Assembly (NCBI GenBank): GCA_041397775.1
Contig: JAWKWB010000011.1
Span: 27,257-91,256 of the forward strand
Direction: 5' to 3'
Source: Hyphomicrobiaceae bacterium
GTDB taxonomy: Bacteria; Pseudomonadota; Alphaproteobacteria; Rhizobiales; Hyphomicrobiaceae
DNA length: 64,000 bases
How positions within the stretch are numbered: position 1 is the first letter of the stretch; every line of letters begins with the position of its first letter. A program made the translations under genes and the position numbers. Under the pieces are notes generated by a model. The model saw nothing but the letters and a program-made list of their open reading frames with translations. It was not told the DNA's origin and searched no databases. Below, piece after piece: positions 1 to 10,420 of the stretch.

Positions 1-13
1 GCGATCAACGAGG

Positions 14-1066
14 ATGCCGTCCATGGCCGAGATGAAGAGCGACACCCCACGCGAAGAAATCGATGTTCTGAAGGCCGCGCGCGACTGGCTCGCGCGGGAC
101 GGGAAGGTGGCCATGGCCACCGTCGTCGACACCTGGGGCTCGGCGCCGGTCCCGGTCGGCGGCCAGATGGTCGTGGCGGCGGACGGACAGTTCCAGGGCT
201 CGGTCTCGGGGGGCTGCATCGAGGGCGAGGTGATCGTCGAGGCCGAGGACATCCTGGCCACCGGCAAGCCCAAGACGCTGGTTTTCGGCGTTGCGGACGA
301 GACGGCCTGGCGCGCGGGCCTGCCGTGCGGCGGGCAAGTCCAAGTGTTCGTGGAACGGCTCGACGCGCAGGGCATCGGCCCCAAGCTCCTCGAGCGGGCC
401 ATCGAAGCGCGGGACGGCCGGCAGGGGCTCGTCGTCAGGACCGATCTCGACAGCGGCGCCAAGCAGATCTACGAGCGCTCGGACGCCGATATGCCCGACG
501 ATATCGCAGACCGCTTCAGCACCGCGAAGAGCCAACTCAAGGAGCAACCCGCGGGCAAGGTGTTCCTGCACGCCCTGGTGCCGCCTGCGCGCATCATGAT
601 CATCGGCGCGACGCACATCGGGCAGGTGCTGGCCCAGGTGGCCGTCCTCTCGGGCTACGAGGTGGAGGTGGTCGATCCGCGCACGGCATTCGCGGCGCCG
701 GAGCGGTTCCCGAACATCACGCTGCATGCGGACTGGCCGCAGGATGCGCTGCCTCGCATCGGGCTGGACCCCTACACGGCGGTGGTCGCGCTTTCACACG
801 TCGGGCATATCGACGACGAGGCACTGAAGGTGGCGGTGAAGTCGCCGTGCCTCTACATCGGTGCGCTCGGGTCGTCGCGCAACCATGCCAAGCGCAAGGA
901 GCGGCTCAAGGCCGCCGGTATCACGGATGCGGAGATCGCACGCATCAAGTCGCCCATCGGGCTCGATATCGGCGCGCAGTCCCCGGCCGAGATCGCGGTC
1001 TCCGTGATGGCGGAAGTGATCCTCGCCGTGCGCGGCACCAAGCGGAAGGCGGCGATTGCCGCGTGA
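14..1066 (+). CDS. XdhC/CoxI-family molybdoenzyme maturation accessory protein
   Basis: 350-aa ORF. N-terminal XdhC_CoxI-like segment (ATVVDTWGSAPVPVGGQMVV...GSVSGGCIEGEV) and C-terminal Rossmann-like segment (IIGATHIGQVLA). ATG at 14; alternative ATG at 23. Confidence 0.8.
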   Translation: MPSMAEMKSDTPREEIDVLKAARDWLARDGKVAMATVVDTWGSAPVPVGGQMVVAADGQFQGSVSGGCIEGEVIVEAEDILATGKPKTLVFGVADETAWRAGLPCGGQVQVFVERLDAQGIGPKLLERAIEARDGRQGLVVRTDLDSGAKQIYERSDADMPDDIADRFSTAKSQLKEQPAGKVFLHALVPPARIMIIGATHIGQVLAQVAVLSGYEVEVVDPRTAFAAPERFPNITLHADWPQDALPRIGLDPYTAVVALSHVGHIDDEALKVAVKSPCLYIGALGSSRNHAKRKERLKAAGITDAEIARIKSPIGLDIGAQSPAEIAVSVMAEVILAVRGTKRKAAIAA

Positions 1067-1123
1067 TGCGACGCACGCGATCGCCCGGCTGCCCGCGAGG
1101 GGCGGTCCGGGCCTTGCGCGCCG

Positions 1124-2470
1124 TCAGTTCTTCGACCACCGGGTGACGTAGACCGCGAACGCGGTGGTCGCGCCGTAGACCAGCATGGCCACGAGCACCA
1201 GCTTGGCGAGGTCGAGGAACGTGGCCCCACTGCCCATGTACAGATAGCCGCCGGCGACGACGACCGCGAGGCGCGCGGTGCCCGCGAGCACAGGCCCCAG
1301 GATCCGTCCCGACCCCTGCGATGCGAAGTACAGGCACAGTCCCAGTCCATAGGCTGGGAAGCCGAAGCCGGCGATCTCCAGATAGTCGCCTGCGGCCTCG
1401 AGGACGGCAGGATTGGTCGTGAACAGGCGTCCCCACAATGTCGGCTCGATCGCAATGCCGATGCCAATGGCGCCGATGAGGCCGGCCGCCAGAAGCGCGC
1501 CCATCCAGGCGACACGCCGCGCGCGTTCGACGCGATCGGCACCGATCGCCATGCCGACCATCGGGACACAGGCGACGCCGATGGCGAAAGCGATCGGCAC
1601 CAGCAGCAGTTCGAGGCGGATACCGATGCCGAAGCCTGCCAAGGCGTCGACACCGAACCGGCTCGCCATGCGCGACAGCAAGAGGACCACCAGAATCGAC
1701 TGGATCGGGGACAGGCAGGCGATGGCGCCCACCTTGAGGATGTCGAGGAACATGTCGGTCTGCACGCCAAACCGATCGCCACGAAGTCGCAACCGCGTCT
1801 CCGCGCGGGTCAGCAGTGTCATAAGGTAGGCACAGCCGAGTGCGTACGCCAGGATCTGGCCGGCGGCGACACCCTCTATTCCGAAACCGGGGATGGGGCC
1901 CCAGCCATTGGACAGGACACCGCCGAGGACGATCTGCGTGATGCCGACGCCGACCATCGAGATCGATGACAATCGCATGTTGCCGGTGCCGCGCACGATC
2001 GACAAAAGCGAGTTGAACAGCCAGATCGCCACGGCGCCGATGAAGAAGGTGCGGGCGTAGTCCACGGCCTCCTCGAGCACCTTACCCGTGCCGCCAAGGG
2101 TGGCGTAGAGCCACGGCCCGGCCAAGTAGAATGTCAGTGACAACGCCCCGCCGACGCCCAGGCCGATTATCAGTGCGTGCATGGCGAGGTTCTCGGCGCG
2201 CGCATCGTCGCCGGAGCCCAGCGCGCGGCTGATCGCGGACGACACACCGCCGCCCATCGCCCCGGAGGACATCATCTGCGTCAACATGATGGTCGGGAAG
2301 ACGAGTGCCATGGCGGCCAGCGCTTCCTTGCCGAGCCATCCGATGTAGGTCGTCTCGGCGATCGCGGCGATCGACAACACACTGAGAGCCGCCACGTTGG
2401 GCAGCGATAGCGCGATCAATGTCGATAGAATCGGTCCGTCTACGAGGCGATTGCCTGCGGGCTTGGACAT
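1124..2470 (-). CDS. MATE family efflux transporter
   Basis: Polytopic membrane protein with MATE-like N-terminus (GPILSTLIALSLPNV...). The ORF-track start at 2551 is a TTG; I prefer the internal ATG at 2470 (MSKPAGNRL). Confidence 0.8.
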   Translation of the reverse strand: MSKPAGNRLVDGPILSTLIALSLPNVAALSVLSIAAIAETTYIGWLGKEALAAMALVFPTIMLTQMMSSGAMGGGVSSAISRALGSGDDARAENLAMHALIIGLGVGGALSLTFYLAGPWLYATLGGTGKVLEEAVDYARTFFIGAVAIWLFNSLLSIVRGTGNMRLSSISMVGVGITQIVLGGVLSNGWGPIPGFGIEGVAAGQILAYALGCAYLMTLLTRAETRLRLRGDRFGVQTDMFLDILKVGAIACLSPIQSILVVLLLSRMASRFGVDALAGFGIGIRLELLLVPIAFAIGVACVPMVGMAIGADRVERARRVAWMGALLAAGLIGAIGIGIAIEPTLWGRLFTTNPAVLEAAGDYLEIAGFGFPAYGLGLCLYFASQGSGRILGPVLAGTARLAVVVAGGYLYMGSGATFLDLAKLVLVAMLVYGATTAFAVYVTRWSKN

Positions 2471-2579
2471 GGCCCTGGTGATGGTGTCGGACAAAGATGG
2501 CTCCAAAGCCCCTGAAGAATTCAATTTCTCAAAAATCTGCCGGCCGGGCAATCCCGACCGGCTTACTCGCGTATTCCTC

Positions 2580-2740
2580 GTGTGGTGGTTTGAAAGTTCG
2601 CTCCATTATCGTGGCGGACTCGTCGAGTGGACTTCCAATCATGACGCCACACCAAACCGATGGTCTTGCTCGTATCCCTTCGACCGCAAAGTCCGTTCCT
2701 GGCCCGCCCAGGAACGAGATGGACCTTGCAGTCGGGACAC
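2580..2740. repeat. Intergenic mosaic repeat, family C hairpin (2580-2652) plus D segment; also a local perfect 8-bp hairpin at 2695-2715
   Basis: gtgtggtgg...cgccacacc hairpin resembles 48436-48508 and 48599-48668. aaaccgatggtcttgctcgt is shared with 48509-48530. 2676-2698 is the reverse complement of 48570-48592. Confidence 0.8.
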
Positions 2741-2818
2741 CAGTGTAGTGCATCTGACGTTTGGTACCCACTCGCGGCTGGAACCATGACCAAACGTCAG
2801 ATGCAAAAGCTACACTAG
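2741..2818. repeat. Palindromic intergenic repeat, family A (about 79 bp)
   Basis: agtgtagtgcatctgacgtttggtacccactcgcggctggaaccatgaccaaacgtcagatgcaaaagctacactag. Near-identical copies at 48358-48436 and, inverted, at 32857-32935; degenerate copy at 15431-15506. Confidence 0.9.
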
Positions 2819-2831
2819 AATCATATGGTTG

Positions 2832-2908
2832 CTAGTGTTCCTTCTGGCTCCGACACTTGGTCCAGAGTATGACGCACGGGGAACCAAGTGTCGGAGCCGG
2901 AACACTAG
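2832..2908. repeat. Palindromic intergenic repeat, family B (77 bp)
   Basis: ctagtgttccttctggctccgacacttggtccagag...ggggaaccaagtgtcggagccggaacactag. Near-identical copy at 29865-29941. Related B' variants at 15520-15596 and 32767-32843. Lies 13 bp from the family A copy. Confidence 0.9.
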
Positions 2909-2920
2909 ACCAATTTCGTT

Positions 2921-4144
2921 CTACTTGCTCTCGCTGGCGAGAACGTCGCCGAACAATTCAAAACCCGTGCCCTTCACGCGCGCAAGCCGAACCGCCTGGA
3001 TCGGGTAAAAATCCGTTGCGCTCGTGGTGATCTTGATGCCGGGCAGCAGCAACGGCGCTTCGAAGCCCTTGAGGCTGGCCGCCTGCTTCATGACATTGGC
3101 GCGCGTCAAGTCGTTGCCGCACTTCTTCAGCACCTCGATCAGGGTATGCGCGACCGAGTAGCCGTAGTTATGCGTGTCCTCGTTCAGGTTGGCGCTCGGC
3201 ATGTACTTGGCCATGAACGCGCGCCACGCCTTGACGTCGGCAGCATCCTTCCACTGCGGGTCGTTCACGTCCTTGCGATAGAGTGCGAGGATGATGCCCT
3301 GGGACGCTTCGAGGCCGGCCGGCTTGAACACCGAGCCGAACGAAGACGACACGTTGTTGAGATAGTGGATCGGCTTCCAGCCGATCTCCGCCGCCTTCTT
3401 GATGGACTGCGCGGCAAACTTCGGCGTGGTGATGTTGAAGAACACATTGGCGCCGGAGTTCTTCAGCGCGATCATCTGGCTGTCGACGGTGGGGTCGGTC
3501 ACCTCGTAGGTGGACCGCAGGACGACGAGTTTCTCGTTGGCCTTGCCGAGCCCCTTCATGAAGCCGTTGTAGTAATCCTTCCCGTAGTCGTCGTTCTGCA
3601 TGAGAATCCCGATCTTGGGATTCTTGACCGTGGACAGGATGTGCTTGGCGTAGATCGCGGCTTCCGTCGCGTAGTCGGGCTGCCAGCCCATCGTCCAGGG
3701 GAACTTCTTGGGATTGCCCCATTTCGAGGCACCGGTGGCCACGAGAAGCTGCGGCACCTTCTTGGCGTTCATGTACTTATGGATCGCCGTATTCGTCGGC
3801 GTGCCGAGCGTGTTGAAGAGGAGCAGAACCTTATCCTCCTCGACGAGCTTGCGAACCATTTCGACGGTCTTGGGCGGCGAGTAGCCATCGTCATAAGTGA
3901 TGAAGTTGATCTTGCGGCCGTTGATGCCACCGTTGTCGTTGACCATCTTGAAGACGGCCTCGATGGTGCGCCCGATGTTGCCGTAGGCCGACGCATTTCC
4001 CGAATACGGATTGGTGTTGCCAACCTTGATCTCGGTATCGGAAGCGCCGGGATCGTACTTCTTCTGGGCGAGTGCCGGGGTCGCGAGAACGACCGTGGCC
4101 GCGATCGCACCGGCGATCGTCGTGCGTCTATCGATACGTGTCAT
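2921..4144 (-). CDS. Branched-chain amino acid-type ABC transporter substrate-binding protein (LivK/LivJ family)
   Basis: Signal peptide MTRIDRRTTIAGAIAATVVLATPALAQ followed by a type-I periplasmic binding fold. Last gene of the liv-like operon. Start moved to the ATG at 4144. Confidence 0.85.
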   Translation of the reverse strand: MTRIDRRTTIAGAIAATVVLATPALAQKKYDPGASDTEIKVGNTNPYSGNASAYGNIGRTIEAVFKMVNDNGGINGRKINFITYDDGYSPPKTVEMVRKLVEEDKVLLLFNTLGTPTNTAIHKYMNAKKVPQLLVATGASKWGNPKKFPWTMGWQPDYATEAAIYAKHILSTVKNPKIGILMQNDDYGKDYYNGFMKGLGKANEKLVVLRSTYEVTDPTVDSQMIALKNSGANVFFNITTPKFAAQSIKKAAEIGWKPIHYLNNVSSSFGSVFKPAGLEASQGIILALYRKDVNDPQWKDAADVKAWRAFMAKYMPSANLNEDTHNYGYSVAHTLIEVLKKCGNDLTRANVMKQAASLKGFEAPLLLPGIKITTSATDFYPIQAVRLARVKGTGFELFGDVLASESK

Positions 4145-4216
4145 GGCCGTGCTTCCTCCTCTTTCAAGCAACGCCTCGCCGTGCCTCGTTGGGCCGGCGT
4201 ACTCCCCTCGGCTCCG

Positions 4217-5284
4217 TCATCCCGACGGTGTGCCGCGAAGTCTCGTCATGGACCGCCAGAGCGATCCAATGCCTCCAGCGATGCCTGTCGGCATCAGGTA
4301 TACGAGCGCGATCAGCGCGATGCCGTAGATCGTCCACGGCTCCAGCTCGATGGGCAGATGCACGCTGTTGGAGATCGCCTTGGTCAGGGCATCCGCATAC
4401 TTCTCGATCACCTGCACGAAGACGCCGCCGATGACGGCGCCGGGCAGGCTTGCGACGCCACCGATCACGGCGCCGACGAGCAGGGAAATGGACAGCTCCA
4501 GCCGGAAGCTGTCGGGCGCGATGAATTCGAAGATGATGGCGTGCAGGGCGCCGGCGATGCCCGTATAGAGCGCCGAAATGCCGAACACCGTCATCTTGAT
4601 ACGCGCGCTGTCGATGCCCATCGTGTCGGCGGCCATGCTGTGATCGCGGATCGCCATCATGGCACGGCCGACGCGGCTGTGGACCAGATTGCGCGCCAGC
4701 CAGAACATGAGCACGGCGACGAGCAGGACGACGAGATACATCCACTGGTCCGGCGAGAGCGGCAGGCCGAACGGAGCCTCCGGCTTGATGAGGTTGATGC
4801 CCTGAACGCCGCCCGTGAAATCCTCGAGATGGCGGTACTTGAGAATCTGCGGCACGGCGATCGCCAGGGCGAACGTGGCCAGCGCGAGATAATGCCCTTC
4901 GAGGCGCAGCGCCGGATAGCCGAACAAGTAGCCGATGCAGAAGCAGACCAGGCCCGCTGCCGGTACCGCCGCCCAGTAAGGCACGCTCGTCTGGTCGAGC
5001 AGGATGCCCGCGGTGTACGCGCCGATGGCGAAGAACGCCCCGTGGCCGAGGGAGATCTGACCATTGAAACCGGTCAGCAGGTTCAAGCCCAGCACCGCGA
5101 TCGAAAACACCAGCATCAGCGAGAGCTGGAGATAGTAGAAGTTCGAAATGATGCCGGTCATGTGCGTGAGGACCGGCAAAAGAGCCGCCAGAAGCACCAG
5201 GCACCAGATCAATACCCTGGTGGGCGAAAGCCGCGAGGGAACCGACAGTGGGGCATGTCCTGCCTTGCTCGTTTCGATGGCCAT
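4217..5284 (-). CDS. livM: Branched-chain amino acid ABC transporter permease (LivM-like)
   Basis: 355-aa polytopic protein with LivM-like motifs (GQISLGHGAFFAIGAY). Position in the operon fits. Confidence 0.85.
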   Translation of the reverse strand: MAIETSKAGHAPLSVPSRLSPTRVLIWCLVLLAALLPVLTHMTGIISNFYYLQLSLMLVFSIAVLGLNLLTGFNGQISLGHGAFFAIGAYTAGILLDQTSVPYWAAVPAAGLVCFCIGYLFGYPALRLEGHYLALATFALAIAVPQILKYRHLEDFTGGVQGINLIKPEAPFGLPLSPDQWMYLVVLLVAVLMFWLARNLVHSRVGRAMMAIRDHSMAADTMGIDSARIKMTVFGISALYTGIAGALHAIIFEFIAPDSFRLELSISLLVGAVIGGVASLPGAVIGGVFVQVIEKYADALTKAISNSVHLPIELEPWTIYGIALIALVYLMPTGIAGGIGSLWRSMTRLRGTPSG

Positions 5285-5287
5285 GGC

Positions 5288-6193
5288 TCAGACCCGCTTG
5301 ACCGTGACGCGCCCGAAGAGGCCGCTCGGCTTCAGAATGAGGACGGTGATCAACATGATGAGGGCAATCGGCAGCTTCTCGCCATTGCCGATGATGTAGA
5401 TGCCGGTGGTCTGGTCGAGCAGGTTGCCGAAGTAGGCGATCAGGTTCTCCAGCACGCCGACGATGAAGCCGCCGAATACCGCGCCACCCGGACTGCCGAT
5501 ACCTCCGACGAGCGCGCCGGCGAAGCCGTAGAGCAGAATGCCCGCCATCATGTTGGGCTCGAGATAGACGACGGGGGCGACCATGGCGCCGGCCACGGCA
5601 CCGATGGCTGCGGCCATGCCCCAGCCGAGCGCCAGCATCCAGTCGACCGGCACGCCGGCCAGCCGCGCCGATACCGGGTTCTGGGCGGCAGCGCGCATGG
5701 CAAGGCCCAGCGACGTGAAGCGGAAGAAGACGAAGAGCAGCGAGAGCAGCACCAGCGAAACGACGATCATGCCCACCTGATGCGGGCCGATGTAGCCGGA
5801 GCCGACGAAGGCGATGTTGGGGAACGGCGAGGGGAAGGGCTTGATGGTGTGGGTCCAGATGGCACCCGCCATCGAATGGAAGATCGCCAGGAGGCCGATG
5901 AACACGACGACGATCGACAGCACGGGGGCCTTGTGCAGGGGCCGCAGGACCACGCGCTCGATGACGAGCCCGCCCAGGAACGACACGAGCATCGCCAATA
6001 CGAGCGACGGCCAGTAGCCCATGCCGGTCTGATAGAACGCCCACGTGATGTAGGTCGAGAACATGGCCATCTCGCCCTGGGCAAAGTTGAGATGGTCCGT
6101 CGCCGAGTAGATCATCACCAGGGCCAGGGCGACCAGGGCATAGATGGCGCCGTTGGCGAGACCTGCGGCCACCTGCTGGAGAAGTTGTTCCAT
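5288..6193 (-). CDS. livH: Branched-chain amino acid ABC transporter permease (LivH-like)
   Basis: 301-aa polytopic protein (MEQLLQQVAAGLANGAIYALVALALVMIY...NFAQGE). Confidence 0.85.
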   Translation of the reverse strand: MEQLLQQVAAGLANGAIYALVALALVMIYSATDHLNFAQGEMAMFSTYITWAFYQTGMGYWPSLVLAMLVSFLGGLVIERVVLRPLHKAPVLSIVVVFIGLLAIFHSMAGAIWTHTIKPFPSPFPNIAFVGSGYIGPHQVGMIVVSLVLLSLLFVFFRFTSLGLAMRAAAQNPVSARLAGVPVDWMLALGWGMAAAIGAVAGAMVAPVVYLEPNMMAGILLYGFAGALVGGIGSPGGAVFGGFIVGVLENLIAYFGNLLDQTTGIYIIGNGEKLPIALIMLITVLILKPSGLFGRVTVKRV

Positions 6194-6202
6194 GGGATCG
6201 CC

Positions 6203-6912
<710 letters not shown>

Positions 6913-6916
<4 letters not shown>

Positions 6917-7749
6917 GCAGCATCCCCCGTGCCCAGATAGGCGCGAATGACCTCGGGATCCCGCTGGACTTCGGCCGGCGTTCCCTCCGCGATCTTGCGG
7001 CCGAAATCGATGGCGACGACGCGATCGGAAACGGACATGACGAGGCTCATGTGATGTTCCACGAGCAGCACGGAGACCTTCTGCTGATCGCGGATGCGGC
7101 GGATCTGATGTTCGAGGACGCCCACTTCGTCGTGGTTGAGACCCGCGGCCGGCTCGTCCAGCAACAACAGGCGAGGGCTTGCCGCGAGGGCACGCGCCAA
7201 TTCCACGCGCTTGCGGATGGGGAAGGGCAACGGCCCTGCGGGTGCGTGCGTGAAGTCTTCCAGATCCATGAAAGCGATCAGTTCGCGGGCGCGCCGCGTT
7301 ATTTCCCGCTCCTCCTCATGGACACCGGGCAGCCGCAGGGCGCTGGCGACGAAGCCCGAACGGCTCTTGCTGTGCTGCCCGACCTTGACGTTGTCGAGCA
7401 CGCTCATGCGATCGAAGAGGGCGACGTTCTGGAACGTGCGGCCAAGGCCGATGACGGGGATCTCGTGGCGCGGCCGGCCGAGGATCGACTGGCCATCGAA
7501 GTAGATATCGCCGGAACTCGGCTGGTAGAGGCGCGAGAGACAGTTGAAGAGGGTCGTCTTGCCGGCACCATTCGGTCCGATCAGGCCGGCGATATGGCCA
7601 CTCTGAATATCGAACGTCACGCCGTCCAGCGCGACGATGCCGCCGAAGCGCACGGATACGTCGCGCACGGACAGCAATGGACCATCGATTACCGACGACG
7701 ACGACGCTTCCCCGGCGCGTCCATCGGACGAGATAACGTCTGACACCAT
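6913..7749 (-). CDS. livG: ABC transporter ATP-binding protein (LivG-like)
   Basis: Walker A GPNGAGKTT, Walker B LLLLDEPAAG, C-terminal LivG-type extension. Start moved from 7989 to the ATG at 7749 because the 80-aa extension has no family-like sequence. Confidence 0.85.
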
Positions 7750-7909
7750 GACGAACTTGGGCTCCCTTGAACCTCCCCGGCCGTCGGACGTTTCGTCTCT
7801 CATGCGGCCTTTTGGGAAGTCTTGCCGTTTTTGGGGGCCTTGGTCCAGAATGAATTTCGTTACTCCAGTTGCCTCGCGGCGACGGAAAGTCAGTCTTGAG
7901 CGGTGAGAA

Positions 7910-8725
7910 ATGAAACAACCACTACGGCTCGGCATCGGCGGGTTGGGGGCCATCGGTCTCGCCGTCGCGAAATGTGTCGACAGCGGCAACCTTCCCGGAT
8001 TCGTGCTCAGCGCCGTATCGGCGCGGGATCAGGAGAAGGCGCGGCGCAATCTTGCCGGCTTCACGTCGCATCCCAGCATCGTATCGCTGGCCGAACTGGC
8101 GGATCACGCCGACGTCATCCTCGAATGCGTGCCCGCAGCGTGCTTTGCGGAAATCGCACGGCCCGCGGTCGCCAAGGGCCGCATCTTCATGCCGCTTTCG
8201 GTGGGCCAGCTTCTCAACCACATGGCGCTGGTGGACGAGGCCAAGCTCACCGGCGCGCGCATCCTCGTTCCAACGGGCGCGCTGCTCGGCCTCGACGCCG
8301 TTCGCGCGGTCTCGGAAGGACCGGTGGCCTGCGTCAAGATCATCACGCGCAAACCGCCGAAGGGGCTGGCCGGGGCGCCTTACCTGAGAGAGCACAACAT
8401 CTCGATGGACGATGTCCGCGAGGCCACCCGCGTCTTCTCGGGAACAGCGCGCGAAGCGATCAAGGGGTTTCCCGCCAACGTCAACGTGGCCGTAGCGCTG
8501 TCGTTGGCCGGCATCGGGCCGGATCGCACGACGATCGAGATCTGGGCCGACCCCGCGGTGACGCGCAATACGCACACGATCGAGGTGCGCGCGGACGCCT
8601 CGGACCTGTCCATGACGATCGCCAACGTGCCTTCCGTCGAGAATCCCGCTACGGGGAAGGTCACGGCGCTGTCGGCAATCGCGGCGCTCCGCAGACTGAC
8701 TGCGCCGCTGGTCGTGGGGACATGA
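7910..8725 (+). CDS. Aspartate dehydrogenase domain protein (NadX family)
   Basis: 271 aa. N-terminal Rossmann motif GIGGLGAIG and a DUF108-like C-terminal part (GFPANVNVAVALSLAG...NTHTIEV). Confidence 0.75.
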   Translation: MKQPLRLGIGGLGAIGLAVAKCVDSGNLPGFVLSAVSARDQEKARRNLAGFTSHPSIVSLAELADHADVILECVPAACFAEIARPAVAKGRIFMPLSVGQLLNHMALVDEAKLTGARILVPTGALLGLDAVRAVSEGPVACVKIITRKPPKGLAGAPYLREHNISMDDVREATRVFSGTAREAIKGFPANVNVAVALSLAGIGPDRTTIEIWADPAVTRNTHTIEVRADASDLSMTIANVPSVENPATGKVTALSAIAALRRLTAPLVVGT

Positions 8726-8753
8726 CGCGCGGACGCCACGGGAGCAAAGACGC

Positions 8754-9584
8754 ATGAGCACTCCGCGCACCATCCTCATCACGGGATGCTCGACCGGCAT
8801 CGGCCTGGCATCGGCGCGGACGCTGAAGTCGCGTGGCTGGCGCGTCATCGCCACGGCGCGCAAGCCGGAAGACATCGCGCGCCTGAAAGCCGACGAAGGC
8901 CTGGAGACGCTGCATTGCGAGATGGCCGACACGCAATCGGTCGCCCAGTGTGTGGAGGAAGCGCTGGCACTCACGAGTGGGCGGCTCGATGCGCTCTACA
9001 ACAACGCGGCCTACGGCATCATCGGTGCGATGGAGGACGTGACGCCGGACAAGCTGCGGCATCAATTCGAGGTCAACGTGATCTCGGCTCACGCCCTGAC
9101 GCGCGGGGTGGTGCCTGCAATGCGGGCGCAGGGTCATGGCCGCATCGTGATGTGCTCGTCGGTGCTGGGGTTCATCGCGGGGCCCTATCGCGGGGCCTAT
9201 TGCGCCAGCAAGTACGCCCTGGAGGCAATGTCCGATGCCTTCCGGCTGGAACTGAAGCCATCTGGCATTCACGTGTCGCTGATCGAGCCGGGCCCGATCG
9301 AATCGGAGTTCCTCGCCACGACGATCACCAGCTTCAAGAACGGCATCGACATGGCCAATTCCGCACATGCCGCCTACTACGAGCGGCGGCTCGCGGAAAT
9401 GCAGGTGGGCGGCAAGAGTTCCATCAAGCTCGGGCCGGACGCGGTCGTCGCCAGGCTGGTCCATGCCCTCGAAAGCCCGCGACCGAAGGCACGCTATCGC
9501 GTGGGTCTCGCCACGCATGCCGCAGCGATCCTCAAGCGCGCGCTCCCCGACGTGTTGCTCGACCGCGTGCTCATGCGCATGTGA
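8754..9584 (+). CDS. SDR family oxidoreductase
   Basis: TGCSTGIG cofactor motif, NNAAYG, and YCASKYALE catalytic Y-x3-K. Confidence 0.85.
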   Translation: MSTPRTILITGCSTGIGLASARTLKSRGWRVIATARKPEDIARLKADEGLETLHCEMADTQSVAQCVEEALALTSGRLDALYNNAAYGIIGAMEDVTPDKLRHQFEVNVISAHALTRGVVPAMRAQGHGRIVMCSSVLGFIAGPYRGAYCASKYALEAMSDAFRLELKPSGIHVSLIEPGPIESEFLATTITSFKNGIDMANSAHAAYYERRLAEMQVGGKSSIKLGPDAVVARLVHALESPRPKARYRVGLATHAAAILKRALPDVLLDRVLMRM

Positions 9585-9601
9585 GCGTCGGGCGCCGCAT
9601 C

Positions 9602-10420
9602 TCAGAGTTCGAGGCTCGGGCGCTTGATCTCGTAGAGGACGAGCGCCGTCGCGACGGCGAGATTGAGGGAATCGAGTTTTCCCGCCATGGGAATGCGGAC
9701 GAGTTTGCGGCACACGTCTACCGCCTCGCCGGTCATGCCGGCCCCCTCGGTTCCCATCACCAGAAGGCAGCGTGAGGCATAGCCGGCCGTGCGATAATCG
9801 ATACTGCCGCGCAAGTGCGTGCCGACGACGTCGCCCGGCCATGCCTTCGCGAGGGCGAGGAAGTCCGACCGGGACATGCGCGCGACAGGCACGGCGAAGA
9901 TCGAGCCCATGCTGGCCCGCACCGCCTCGCGCGAGTAGGGATCGCAAGTGTCACCGACGAGAATGACGCCATCGGCGCCACACGCATCGAGCGTTCGGAT
10001 GATGGTGCCGAGATTGCCGGGATCCCGAATTCCCTCCAGCGCGAGCCAGAGTGCCGTGGCAGGCAGTTTCGCCGTGGCCGGCGGATCGGCCCAGCGCTGC
10101 GGGAACACCGCCATGACGCTTTGCGGGTTGTCCTTGGCCGCGAGCTTCTCCAGCACGGCGCCCGATACGTCCAGGCAGTCGGCACCACGCGCGCGCGCCC
10201 AGGCGTGGATGTCGCGAGCGACGGCGCTTTCCGCACTCGCCGGCCCCAGTACGACCGTCGCGGGTACCCAGCCATTTTCGCGCGCCGTCATGACGATCGA
10301 CGCGCCCTCTGCCAGGAAGAGGCCAGTTTCGCGCCGCACTTTACGCATCTCCAGAGCTCGGATGGCCTTCACGCGCTCATTCTGGAGGCTGGTGATCCGG
10401 GGGCTTTCGTCACTGCTCAT
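9602..10420 (-). CDS. TrmH/SpoU-family RNA 2'-O-methyltransferase
   Basis: SpoU_sub_bind-like N-terminus (LQNERVKAIRAL) and SpoU motifs (DPGNLGTIIRT, GTEGAGM, IPMAGKLDSLNLAVA). Start moved to the ATG at 10420; overlaps the upstream gene by 11 nt. Confidence 0.8.
   Translation of the reverse strand: MSSDESPRITSLQNERVKAIRALEMRKVRRETGLFLAEGASIVMTARENGWVPATVVLGPASAESAVARDIHAWARARGADCLDVSGAVLEKLAAKDNPQSVMAVFPQRWADPPATAKLPATALWLALEGIRDPGNLGTIIRTLDACGADGVILVGDTCDPYSREAVRASMGSIFAVPVARMSRSDFLALAKAWPGDVVGTHLRGSIDYRTAGYASRCLLVMGTEGAGMTGEAVDVCRKLVRIPMAGKLDSLNLAVATALVLYEIKRPSLEL

Noticed and set aside
2397-2793. Small ORFs (130, 83, 80 and 76 aa) in the MATE/binding-protein intergenic region, and analogous ORFs at 48433-48934, 15378-15794 and 48306-48665
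   Set aside because: They are translations of the palindromic repeat families A, B and C. The same peptides recur wherever the repeat occurs, in both orientations.
2741-2908. Possibility that the recurring repeats are a CRISPR array or an IS/MITE with transposase
   Set aside because: The copies are dispersed singly or in pairs across 46 kb, not in a repeat-spacer array. They are internally palindromic. No cas, transposase or integrase gene is present in the window. MITE status cannot be excluded without genome-wide data.
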